Both the position numbers and the translations under genes were made by a program. From a virus, in the IMG/VR virus record IMGVR_UViG_3300042261_001452, positions 1 through 64,000 of that record: 64,000 bases of DNA, one strand, 5' to 3'. The notes under the pieces were generated by a model. The model saw only the letters and a program-made list of their open reading frames with translations, was not told the origin of the DNA and made no database searches. Shown in pieces: positions 1 to 9,071 of the stretch (positions are counted from its first letter, which is position 1; each line of letters starts with the position of its first letter).

Positions 1-878
1 CTAACATAATCAAATGTTGCTCCAATATCTTTTAAAGATTTGCCATACATTTGCTGCGATCTTGACAATTCAAATAAAGATTGATTATATTTTAACGTTT
101 TATCTCTAATTGCAGTAAGAGATGCTGATTCAAATCCAAGAACGCTAACCACTTTTAATGTATTAGAAACCCAAGTATTTGCCATATTAACATTTTTTTC
201 TAATGCTTTGACACCTTCTAGTGCTTTTTTATTTACATCCTCTTGCGCCTGTTCCTCTGCCTCCAACTGAGCTATAAGCTCTTTTATTGTAGCAATTTTT
301 TCTTCTAAAGCTTGTCGAGTTTTTTCACTTATTGGCAACCCTTTAGCCAATTGTTCATTAATACCTTTTTGCAAATCAACAGCATCCTTCATGTTCTTTG
401 CATAATTTTTCCTTGGGCTATCATTTCTATTTAAAGATTCTGTTTCATTCTTTAATGCTTTAGCTATGTCTTCCTGAGCTTTTTTTTCTGCCTGCTGAAG
501 CTTTTGATACACTTTAAGTTTTTCAACTTGTTTATCCAAAGCAGATCTAAGTTTATCTGATACTTCAGCTCCATTAGCAGTTTTTTCGTTTATTGAGGCT
601 TGTAATGTTATCGCATTTTTTAATGTTATATTGTATTCCCTACTAGCTTTTTCTTTTGCAATTAATGAACTTTCAAAGCCTTTTGCCGTACCTTGGGCCT
701 GAGAAGTTTTCGTTACGAAATCAGCCATTGTTCTATTTAGATCTTGTATGCTTCTTTCAAATGCTCCTTCTTTAGCATGAGCACCAGCCAATGCCTCAAC
801 CAATTTATTAATTGATGGGGTAAGTTTATCTATTGTCTCTGATAAATTAGCAAGATCGTCTTTTTTGGAACTAGCCAT
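1..878 (-). CDS. N-terminal part of probable tape measure protein (runs off left edge)
   Basis: ATG at 878 (MASSKKDDLANLSETIDKL...), open frame towards the window edge, helical Ala/Lys/Glu-rich; downstream of tail tube and chaperone genes. Confidence 0.6.
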   Translation of the reverse strand, partial: MASSKKDDLANLSETIDKLTPSINKLVEALAGAHAKEGAFERSIQDLNRTMADFVTKTSQAQGTAKGFESSLIAKEKASREYNITLKNAITLQASINEKTANGAEVSDKLRSALDKQVEKLKVYQKLQQAEKKAQEDIAKALKNETESLNRNDSPRKNYAKNMKDAVDLQKGINEQLAKGLPISEKTRQALEEKIATIKELIAQLEAEEQAQEDVNKKALEGVKALEKNVNMANTWVSNTLKVVSVLGFESASLTAIRDKTLKYNQSLFELSRSQQMYGKSLKDIGATFDYV

Positions 879-898
879 TTTTTATTACCTATGTTTAA

Positions 899-2014
899 TT
901 ATTTAATCTTAGTATAAAGTGTATATAACACACAAGATAATAAAATTAATGTCTCTGGATTTATCCATGCATTTGGAGATATATTATGTGAAATAGTTTC
1001 CTTTTCATGTGTTTCTTCTGGGATCTCTTCATCAGGAATATCCATTTCATTCTCTTCTTTTTTGGTCTTAAAAAGTTTAGTTGGATTTGTCTTTTCTTGT
1101 ATATCAGGAAGACCAAGTTGCATTCTATAAATATATTTATTAAAATCTTCACGGCTCATCATGTCAGTTTCTGCTAAAACCTTATTTCTAATATAGTTAT
1201 ATACATGATCATAATATATTGGATCTAAAAATGAAATGACTCCTTTTACAATTTCATCCGCTTGCTCTTTTGCAAATCTTAATAAAATTGGCTCATAATC
1301 ATTTTTGAAAACTTCTTGAATTATTCTTATCGGATCTCTTAAAACTGAAGGATCAGCACTGATGCCAGCAATATCCATTATTTTTAATTGATTAAAAGCC
1401 TCAGATATTTCAGCCGCAAATCTTCTAGCTAAATAAGCAGATAAGCTTCTAATTAGATCTGATTTGGTAAGCTTTCTTTTATATCCAGACATTTCTTCAA
1501 ATTGTTGCTCTCTATTTTTTCGACTGTTAAATATTTTATAATCATTTTCTAAAATATCTAAACTCTTTTCTACTTCTTCTTGAGATATAGAAGCAAAGCC
1601 GTTATGTTGAGCTCTTCTAGAATTGCTTAAAATATCTTCATATGGTCTCAATATTTCAAACCCTCGTCCTTGTTGGATTGTATCAAACATATGAATCATA
1701 CTAATATATGACTGCAATCTTTTGTCTTCGGCTACCATATATGCAAATATTACCTTATTAACTCCTAATGGATAATTTTTTCTAATATCTTGTAAAACTA
1801 TAATCGTTTCCCAAGCCTCTTGTCTATTTAATTTTGTTTGTCTACTGTTTTTCAAGACATCTCTAATCCATTTTAACATATTGGATTCAAGATTTTCAGA
1901 AGCCCTAGCAGCAATAACAAACAAATTCTCAACTCTTTTATCCTTTGTATTAAGATAAAGTGTATTGAGATCATTTTTAAGAGAATAAATATTATATCTA
2001 GTCTGTATATTCAT
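899..2014 (-). CDS. hypothetical protein
   Basis: 371-aa ORF, no recognised motif. Confidence 0.6.
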   Translation of the reverse strand: MNIQTRYNIYSLKNDLNTLYLNTKDKRVENLFVIAARASENLESNMLKWIRDVLKNSRQTKLNRQEAWETIIVLQDIRKNYPLGVNKVIFAYMVAEDKRLQSYISMIHMFDTIQQGRGFEILRPYEDILSNSRRAQHNGFASISQEEVEKSLDILENDYKIFNSRKNREQQFEEMSGYKRKLTKSDLIRSLSAYLARRFAAEISEAFNQLKIMDIAGISADPSVLRDPIRIIQEVFKNDYEPILLRFAKEQADEIVKGVISFLDPIYYDHVYNYIRNKVLAETDMMSREDFNKYIYRMQLGLPDIQEKTNPTKLFKTKKEENEMDIPDEEIPEETHEKETISHNISPNAWINPETLILLSCVLYTLYTKIK

Positions 2015-2121
2015 GTTTTATAGAAAATCAATTTTAAAACTTATCAATAGGATAGAGATAATTGTTTCTTATATATAATACTCTATTTTTTGATTGAAAT
2101 CCTCTTTTCTTTCGCCCAAAA

Positions 2122-2162
2122 TAATAAAACCCAATCAATATTAAATTGATTGGGTTTTATTA
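2122..2162. terminator. long inverted repeat / intrinsic terminator
   Basis: taataaaacccaatcaat...attgattgggttttatta stem downstream of 2180..2692. Confidence 0.7.
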
Positions 2163-2179
2163 AATTATTGAATAAAATA

Positions 2180-2692
2180 TTAAATAAGACCCTGTGTGGA
2201 AATAGACTCTCTTACTTTGTTAATTATTCCTTTAACAATTTTAGGATTCATATTTACAAGTTCAGAGACAATCAGCTTTTTCTTAAGAGACCATTTTCTC
2301 ATAATAACAATTAGACGAGTAACTTCCAATTGATACATATCTAGTATGCTCATAGATTCAGGAGACTTATAATTAACTCTTGACATAATTGTTTCAAAAT
2401 CTCCCTGACTTGGATATTTAAGTGTCATTGTAAAAGATTTTACATTGGGATTAAATTTATCAAATGTCTCATCTACACCATCTACCAAAAGATCATTATT
2501 TGAATGATAATAAGAGACTTCTATATCAAAAGTATCGTTTTCTCTAATAAACATATCATCATAATTAATATCTTTACTATCTTGCTTAACTTCTAATTTA
2601 ATAGAGATTGCTTCTGGCTTAACTTCAGCTACTTCTGGCTTAATTTCTATCTCATTAGTTTTAACTTCATTTGCAACATTTGCTTCTTCCAT
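2180..2692 (-). CDS. tail assembly chaperone-like protein
   Basis: Between tube and tape measure; acidic; FI..D..I.V.Y and W-S/D motifs resemble 2961..3386. Confidence 0.5.
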   Translation of the reverse strand: MEEANVANEVKTNEIEIKPEVAEVKPEAISIKLEVKQDSKDINYDDMFIRENDTFDIEVSYYHSNNDLLVDGVDETFDKFNPNVKSFTMTLKYPSQGDFETIMSRVNYKSPESMSILDMYQLEVTRLIVIMRKWSLKKKLIVSELVNMNPKIVKGIINKVRESISTQGLI

Positions 2693-2706
2693 TTTTTTCT
2701 CCTATT

Positions 2707-2970
2707 TTATCTTCCTTTTTCTTTAGTTTTGGCTCTCTCTTCTTCTAGAGCTTGGGCAGTTCTCCTAGCCTCATTTTTCTCTCTTCTTATTATAAAAAAT
2801 TCTAATAGTTTTTTATAAGGAATCTTTGCAATGTCTTGTGGTAGCCAATGGTAGTCTTCAATTAAATCATTTTCTATCAATGCTCTATTAACGGCGGATG
2901 CATCAAGACTTAAAATTTGACGCTTACTTTTGCTTAAAATAATAGCATGCACCCGCCTTGCTAGTTTCCC
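2707..2970 (-). CDS. tail assembly chaperone T segment (via -1 frameshift from 2961..3386)
   Basis: -1 frame GGG AAA CTA GCA AGG CGG GTG is continuous with the 81-aa ORF; motif YHWLPQDIAKIP. Confidence 0.75.
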   Translation of the reverse strand, partial: GKLARRVHAIILSKSKRQILSLDASAVNRALIENDLIEDYHWLPQDIAKIPYKKLLEFFIIRREKNEARRTAQALEEERAKTKEKGR

Positions 2971-3386
2971 TCTTCTTCGTCCGACATTTCAGTAAGAGAG
3001 TCATATTCAACTAGTATAGTTTCTGCAATTTCTTTGGCCAATGATTTGATAGTTTCTGGTGTTATTGGGACAGGGACTACTTTCCCCTTCTCTTCCTTCA
3101 TTGCGTCCCATGAAGCCAATATCTTTTTTAATTTATTTTCTTTATATAGCTTACTATTCCAAACTCTTGATCCACTTGAAATGTCTTTAATTACAGATTC
3201 TTCATTAATTTCGTTATACATTCCCCATGTTAGTTGTTTTGTTTTTACTACTAGACATTTATATTTTGTCTTGTCTTCATCACTAAGATCATTATAATCT
3301 TTTTCATTTTTTGCAATATATACAGAATTTTTAATTCTTCTATAATAAACTTTAATTTCTAAAAAATCCTCAGAATTTATAAACAT
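2961..3386 (-). CDS. tail assembly chaperone G
   Basis: Directly after tail tube; ends in slippery site. Confidence 0.75.
   Translation of the reverse strand: MFINSEDFLEIKVYYRRIKNSVYIAKNEKDYNDLSDEDKTKYKCLVVKTKQLTWGMYNEINEESVIKDISSGSRVWNSKLYKENKLKKILASWDAMKEEKGKVVPVPITPETIKSLAKEIAETILVEYDSLTEMSDEEEGN
2964..2970 (-). other. -1 ribosomal slippery heptamer G GGA AAC
   Basis: X XXY YYZ immediately before TAG, like lambda G/GT. Confidence 0.8.
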
Positions 3387-3456
3387 GATGATTCCTCCTT
3401 TGTATTATTTATACAAAAATATAAAAAGAAAAAGAAAATAATATATTATTAAACAA

Positions 3457-3483
3457 AAATCCCAGATAAAATATCTGGGATTT
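3457..3483 (-). terminator. intrinsic terminator after tail tube gene
   Basis: aaatcccagata...tatctgggattt hairpin with T-run on minus strand. Confidence 0.7.
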
Positions 3484-3508
3484 CTACATTATATATAAAA
3501 ACTATATC

Positions 3509-4381
3509 TTACCAACCTGCGCCGTCTTGCTTGCCAATACCTACGAATGCAATTGATGATGTGATTGGGCCTACCTGAGAGGTTGGTTGAATTCTATGGA
3601 ATCTTACATTTGTTTCAATTTCTGTTGACCCAATTGAGAACTTAATCTTATCTTGAGGACTTGCAGAATAGTCATCCCATTTAGCAAAGCCTTGAGCACC
3701 GTCAATATTGAATGCAGTCATATCTCCAGTAATACTTACTATACCGGGAACCAAGGCAAATGGATATAGGTCTACTGTGCTTCCTTGAGTAGCAGGCATC
3801 GCCCATTGAGGAGTAACATTATTATTTAATGTAAAGCTAAAGTTACTTAAATACTTAATTGGATCTCCACTTCCGCTACCTCCATTGTCTGTAATTGTTA
3901 GACCAAACTTATCCCAAGTAACTAATTTTTTAACATCAAAATCATGAGTTGTTGAGCTGGGTGACCAAGTTGGAGCTTGTGCTGCTACTAGTTCAATTGA
4001 GAATTGGGCAACCTCACCAGCGGCACAAGAAATTGTCATTTGATTAATAAGTACATCTGGGAAAGTAACTTTAGAATTGGTACTTCCTTGAGTACAAAAG
4101 TAAGTAAGGGACATAGCTTTTGAAGTCATTAAACCGCAATCGTCTCTTTCCTTTGCTATATTCCATAAAGTAGTTCCAAAGTCTTCATCAATTGGACCAG
4201 CCATTGATCCATTAATTTCAACTTTGTTGTAATTGAAGGCTTTTTTCCAGTAAGAGCCACCAACTAGATCAGGAACGTTAACATCTTGCTTAGCTGTTAA
4301 GCTACAATCTGTAAAGCGGAAATAGTTGCTATCAATCTCCACAAATCCCATAAAGCCAGCATTTATATCACCAGTTGCCAT
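3509..4381 (-). CDS. major tail tube protein
   Basis: 290 aa, beta-rich; INQMTISCAAGEVAQFSIEL and NFSFTLNNN motifs; position before chaperones. Confidence 0.8.
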   Translation of the reverse strand: MATGDINAGFMGFVEIDSNYFRFTDCSLTAKQDVNVPDLVGGSYWKKAFNYNKVEINGSMAGPIDEDFGTTLWNIAKERDDCGLMTSKAMSLTYFCTQGSTNSKVTFPDVLINQMTISCAAGEVAQFSIELVAAQAPTWSPSSTTHDFDVKKLVTWDKFGLTITDNGGSGSGDPIKYLSNFSFTLNNNVTPQWAMPATQGSTVDLYPFALVPGIVSITGDMTAFNIDGAQGFAKWDDYSASPQDKIKFSIGSTEIETNVRFHRIQPTSQVGPITSSIAFVGIGKQDGAGW

Positions 4382-4438
4382 AATTTAAATCTCCTTTTTT
4401 CCTTAATTCTTTATTTTTATTGCCTCTTCCTGCTTCAA

Positions 4439-4807
4439 TTAACTGCTAAATTTCATAGGTGCTTTTGCTGTTACTTGTGTGCCATATTGCCCAGCCGTAT
4501 GTCCATGAACAAAGTCATAAATATAATCAATTATTGCTGATTTAATATCTGCATATGCATTCGCAGTATCAACAGCACTTTGCTTTTGGCCATTTAATGC
4601 TAAATCAGATAAACTTTCTATAATTACTGGAGAATATGCCAAATTATTTGTATCTCTATTAGTATTTGTAATCTTAATAAAATATCTATTATCTAAGTCA
4701 GCAGTTACATCGTGAGGTAATGTTGCAATAGGAAAAGTTTGAAAATCTACAGTAATTGATTTAGTAGTATTATATACATTGCTATATATTGATAATGTTA
4801 TTGCCAT
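4439..4807 (-). CDS. small virion structural protein (paralogue of 4825..5214)
   Basis: Shared TI..Y....K.ITxD and Y.K..T pattern. Confidence 0.5.
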   Translation of the reverse strand: MAITLSIYSNVYNTTKSITVDFQTFPIATLPHDVTADLDNRYFIKITNTNRDTNNLAYSPVIIESLSDLALNGQKQSAVDTANAYADIKSAIIDYIYDFVHGHTAGQYGTQVTAKAPMKFSS

Positions 4808-4824
4808 TTTAAAATCTCCTATTT

Positions 4825-5214
4825 TTAACCCTCTAAAATCTCTCCCTCTAAAATGGAACTAGAAGAAGTTTCACTTATTTCTGTGGAACTAGAACTACTG
4901 CTTGAACTACTAGAGCTAGAGCTAGAACTAGAACTACTTTCGAAAACTGTGGCTTCTAAGAAATAACTTGTCCATTTATTGCATAAATCTGTAAAATCGC
5001 TAGCTGCTGAATATCCGGGCGGAACATCATTCATGGTTCTTACAACATAATTACCAAATGAAAGCCCAGCAATTGCCAAAGTAGTTGATACTTTTAAATA
5101 AATGTCATTCCATCCTGTAAAAGGAAGATTATCATTTAATATATTGTTACTAATATCAAAAGTAATAGTAAATGTTTTATCTGAAATCCCATTATATGCT
5201 GTAATTGTTGCCAT
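4825..5214 (-). CDS. small virion structural protein with poly-Ser tail
   Basis: Run of about 19 Ser near C-terminus. Confidence 0.55.
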   Translation of the reverse strand: MATITAYNGISDKTFTITFDISNNILNDNLPFTGWNDIYLKVSTTLAIAGLSFGNYVVRTMNDVPPGYSAASDFTDLCNKWTSYFLEATVFESSSSSSSSSSSSSSSSSSTEISETSSSSILEGEILEG

Positions 5215-5263
5215 ATTTTTAACTCCTATTATTATTTCTCTTATCTTATAATTATTCCTTCTT

Positions 5264-6274
5264 TTATTCTGGTAAAAATTTATTAGTCTTTTGAGGGAAA
5301 TAAAAATGATTAATAATTCTACCCCACCAACTTAATTGAGATGCTCTTAAATAAGCACTTCCTTTAGATACCTTTCCATATGTTATGTCCCCAACCCTAG
5401 AATCCCAAACATAATAACGATTAGATTTAAATAATCTTCCAAAATCAGCAATATTAATAGACGTTCCTAATGCCCTATCCATCGTAAGAATCATCTCTGC
5501 GCCAGAAAAACTTATATTTGAAATGTCAAACCCACAACATACTCCATTGTTATTATCTTGAATATTATATCTAGCACCATAATAATCATGCGTTGGAGTA
5601 GTAACTATAATATTTTTTCTATTTTCCGCCGTATCCTTTATACTTAATGTAGTATCGCCAGCAACATAATTTGCCGTCAATAATGTAGAATATTCATCAA
5701 TATTTAAGTGAATATTGTTCATTAATAATTGATAAACACTATCTGAATATCTATCTAAAATTCTACGACCATCTTCGAATTTTATATCTCTTCCATAAAT
5801 AATAATATCCAACTTATATTCTTCTTTTAATCCACCTTGAATATACATCCAATCATTAGTTACAGAAGATGGTTCTACGGCGATAGCTATTTCATCCAAA
5901 GGAATAACCTCTCTATCTCCATAATAAATATTGTTTTCATACAATGGAGTATGTCCAATCGTTTTCTGAATAAAAGTCTTATTAGAAACAAGCCAATCAC
6001 TCTGAATAGGCGTAGTTAATGTAATGGCTGTTGTATTATTTACCTCTTCTATCTTAGAATATTCAAAAGCATGATAATGAGGAGTGCCTTTAATATTGTA
6101 ATTATAATCTATTAAAACTATTTCTCTTGTAGTCTTATAATCTGCAAATTGAAAAGAATTCTCGACATTAATAATAGTATCCCCAGCGCGAATATCAGAA
6201 GTCACATTGGTTTTTGCAATGATATTTTGTTTAATCAATTCTATTATCGCATCTGCAAAGGGTTCTATTGCCAT
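5264..6274 (-). CDS. tail completion/terminator-like protein with beta-domain insertions
   Basis: Neck-region position; IAVEP..YKLDIIIY..VYQLL pattern; two AGDT.I/L insertions. Confidence 0.5.
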   Translation of the reverse strand: MAIEPFADAIIELIKQNIIAKTNVTSDIRAGDTIINVENSFQFADYKTTREIVLIDYNYNIKGTPHYHAFEYSKIEEVNNTTAITLTTPIQSDWLVSNKTFIQKTIGHTPLYENNIYYGDREVIPLDEIAIAVEPSSVTNDWMYIQGGLKEEYKLDIIIYGRDIKFEDGRRILDRYSDSVYQLLMNNIHLNIDEYSTLLTANYVAGDTTLSIKDTAENRKNIIVTTPTHDYYGARYNIQDNNNGVCCGFDISNISFSGAEMILTMDRALGTSINIADFGRLFKSNRYYVWDSRVGDITYGKVSKGSAYLRASQLSWWGRIINHFYFPQKTNKFLPE

Positions 6275-6531
6275 TTTATTTTTCCTAAAGCTTGATCTAT
6301 TCTATTTTCCATATATTGAATAGGATTTTTATTCTTATCAATAACCTCTTCTGATTTTTCTGTTCCTTCTTCTTCTATTCCTTCATTCATAGGAATAATA
6401 ATAGTAACTGGTCTAATAACTGTCTTCAAAGACGGAGAAGTCTCTTCTTTTGAAGCAATATTCATATCCTCCTGAATTTTTTTCATTTCAAGAACGGCTT
6501 GCTCAAGACTATCTATCAATGCCTCAAACAT
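6265..6531 (-). CDS. hypothetical protein
   Basis: 88-aa ORF overlapping neighbours at start/stop. Confidence 0.55.
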   Translation of the reverse strand: MFEALIDSLEQAVLEMKKIQEDMNIASKEETSPSLKTVIRPVTIIIPMNEGIEEEGTEKSEEVIDKNKNPIQYMENRIDQALGKIKWQ

Positions 6532-7232
6532 TATCCTTTCTCCCTGCCAAATTGGAATTGTGAAGTAGGATTGTAATAATTATCAAATAAAGTACCTCTG
6601 ACAAATCTTCTTCCAGTTTGTTCCTGACCAAATAAAAATGCACTTCCATCCATAATATTATCTAAACTATTATGTGCCAATTTTCTTTGTTCTGTTCCAT
6701 AGTTTGATATGTCTGGAGATTGCTCAGCGGAAAATAATCCATCAAAAGCATAAGATACTGCCAATCTTGCAGTAATTAATGGGACAGGATCAGGATATTT
6801 TATTACGGCAGCAGTGACATCATTCTCAACATGGAAAGTCTGTTTTAGCCTATCTACAATAAATGTATGACTGCTTCTTACTTGGGTAATTACTGTTGTC
6901 TCTAAAGCATAATAACTTTGTATCCTTACAATATCACCAACACTAAATTGAGCAGTTGTCCATAATCTAATCTCTACATTATTCCCAGCTATTGCATCTT
7001 CTGCTAAGGCTTCTTCGAATATTTTAATTTGTTTTAATGGAGTTAAATAAAATGGACTTAATCTAGCGTCAACCTCCTGTTGAGCCATAGAAATAAAACC
7101 AAGAGCCTGTTCTGTTGTCAATACTCCATCTTTGTCAGTAAATTTTCCCGGACTAGGAATACCCAAATTAGCATCATTAATTCGAATATTGCTAGGTAAT
7201 AACTGCACCATATCTTCTACTGTAGCATACAT
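6531..7232 (-). CDS. head-tail adaptor (Mu gp36/DUF1320-like)
   Basis: MYATVEDM..AQQEVDARL..Y.TPL..PDPVPLITARLA; start at 7232 has GGAG RBS. Confidence 0.65.
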   Translation of the reverse strand: MYATVEDMVQLLPSNIRINDANLGIPSPGKFTDKDGVLTTEQALGFISMAQQEVDARLSPFYLTPLKQIKIFEEALAEDAIAGNNVEIRLWTTAQFSVGDIVRIQSYYALETTVITQVRSSHTFIVDRLKQTFHVENDVTAAVIKYPDPVPLITARLAVSYAFDGLFSAEQSPDISNYGTEQRKLAHNSLDNIMDGSAFLFGQEQTGRRFVRGTLFDNYYNPTSQFQFGREKG

Positions 7233-7312
7233 AAATTTGCTCCAATCTATTTGGATTATCATTTCTTTTATATTATTCTTATTATTACTTAATATTTCCT
7301 ATTAATAAAAAA

Positions 7313-7347
7313 AATAAAGAATGTTACAAAAAGTAACATCCTTTATT
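7313..7347. terminator. imperfect hairpin after actin-like gene
   Basis: aataaaga atgttac...gtaacat cctttatt. Confidence 0.5.
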
Positions 7348-7368
7348 TAATTAATTTTTTAACTATTA

Positions 7369-8421
7369 TTAACCTGCTTTCTTGGCAGCATCAGATAAGG
7401 CTCTTAAACAGGCTCCTTGAGATACTGAATAGAAAGGAGTTTCAGAATGACGTACCCTATAAATCTTAAATGGAAAATCTTGCTCTTCTATTGTTTTAGT
7501 AAATAAATCACAAAAAGCTTTAGGCATTGATGTTCCGCCAGCGACTACTATTTCAACTTCTCCACTAAGATCTGTATTCCTATTGGCAAATTCTCTAGCA
7601 ATCAAGCTACAAACTCTATTAATATATTCATAATAATATATTTCTAAAGCAGATAATACTCTATCAGATGTGTTATCCTTGCCTAAATCTAGATCCTTTT
7701 CCTTCATTTTTGTAACTTTAGATTTTTGAATTCCTGTAACTTTTGCTACTTGTTCGTCAATTTGATCTCCAGATCCAGTAATTGAAAAAGAATGAACTTC
7801 CATGCCCTTATAACAAAGAGCTAGATTGGTCATTCCCGCTCCTGCACTCAAAACTATCCCACTTAAAGGAGTAGATTTTTCATCCTCTTTCATAACTGGA
7901 TTACAATCATAAGCAACACACATCGCTTCATTTACAGCCTTGGCATCAAATCCTAGCTTCTTAAAGAAATTTAAAAGAATCATCTTATGGAAAGTATTAT
8001 CAAACTTTGCATCTATTGGATTTGCAGGAATACAAAATCTTAAAGGCTCATTATCAATAATAGCATCGCCTACACAAGCTTTGATAATATAAAATAATAA
8101 TTCTGAAGATTCCTTAAGAGATGGATTTAAAATGCCATCTTTCATTGGACGAACTACTTCCCCAGTTCCCAAAGCTCTTACTAATGTTAATGCATCTTCA
8201 CCAACTACATAATATTTATCATCTACTTTAACATAAAGATAAGAACTCTTTGTAATTAAATCCGAAGATTCTTCTGATACCTCTAGAGGGTATAGCATAT
8301 TTCTATGGAATTTACTTACAAATTTTCCATCAACTGTTTGTCTAGTTACAACAATACTACTTGTTCCAACATCTACCCCTATTCCGGGCTTATATTTGCT
8401 TATCAGTTCTTTATTTGCCAT
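7369..8421 (-). CDS. actin-fold (MreB/ParM-like) ATPase
   Basis: GVDVGTS phosphate-1, NEA connect-1, SAGAGMTN phosphate-2, VAGGTS adenosine motif. Confidence 0.8.
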   Translation of the reverse strand: MANKELISKYKPGIGVDVGTSSIVVTRQTVDGKFVSKFHRNMLYPLEVSEESSDLITKSSYLYVKVDDKYYVVGEDALTLVRALGTGEVVRPMKDGILNPSLKESSELLFYIIKACVGDAIIDNEPLRFCIPANPIDAKFDNTFHKMILLNFFKKLGFDAKAVNEAMCVAYDCNPVMKEDEKSTPLSGIVLSAGAGMTNLALCYKGMEVHSFSITGSGDQIDEQVAKVTGIQKSKVTKMKEKDLDLGKDNTSDRVLSALEIYYYEYINRVCSLIAREFANRNTDLSGEVEIVVAGGTSMPKAFCDLFTKTIEEQDFPFKIYRVRHSETPFYSVSQGACLRALSDAAKKAG

Positions 8422-8437
8422 TTTTTATCTCCTTTTT

Positions 8438-8767
8438 TTAGTCTCCTAGATTTTTTAATAAATCAATAGTTTTATCAACATCTTCTGTTTTCTTAGTAAT
8501 CTCTTCCATGTTTCCTAAATCGTTAAAATTAGATTCTTTATTTCCTCTTTGAACTATCATTCTTTCTGAAAGCTTACTCATAACCTTTTCATTGTCATCT
8601 TGTAATCTTGCTTCTACTTTCTTTTCTTCCTCCTTCTTCATATATTTTGATAACTCTTCTGCAAGTTGTTTAACATCAAGAGGTTGTGACGAAGTGGCAG
8701 GGGCAGGAGGTGGAGCATTATCTGTTACAAACTTTACAATATCTCTATTTTTAGTATAATCACCCAT
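8438..8767 (-). CDS. hypothetical protein
   Basis: Likely start MGDY at 8767, TAATG overlap with upstream stop. Confidence 0.55.
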   Translation of the reverse strand: MGDYTKNRDIVKFVTDNAPPPAPATSSQPLDVKQLAEELSKYMKKEEEKKVEARLQDDNEKVMSKLSERMIVQRGNKESNFNDLGNMEEITKKTEDVDKTIDLLKNLGD

Positions 8768-8976
8768 TAATATCTCCCAATAGCTGGCAATGGCAATGGA
8801 CTTTGTTGTTGTTTTTTCTGCCAATTCTTAAAATCTATAATATTTTCATGTTTACAAGATTTATTATGACATAGAAAAACAATTTTTTGTTCTAGAAAAT
8901 CTATCTCTAGCATTAGCTCATCTTCAGCATTCATAAAAATTTGTCTGCATTTTTCACATCTTAATGCCATTTTCAT
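8767..8976 (-). CDS. small zinc-ribbon protein
   Basis: CEKC...CHNKSC; GGAG RBS. Confidence 0.6.
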   Translation of the reverse strand: MKMALRCEKCRQIFMNAEDELMLEIDFLEQKIVFLCHNKSCKHENIIDFKNWQKKQQQSPLPLPAIGRY

Positions 8977-9012
8977 ATTTCATTCTCCCGTCAATATAAT
9001 CATTATACAAAA

Positions 9013-9046
9013 AATAAGCCTAAAATAATATTATTTTAGGCTTATT
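9013..9046. terminator. inverted repeat / terminator
   Basis: aataagcctaaaataa-ta-ttattttaggcttatt. Confidence 0.7.
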
Positions 9047-9071
9047 AAAATAGAATAATATTGTCTATATT

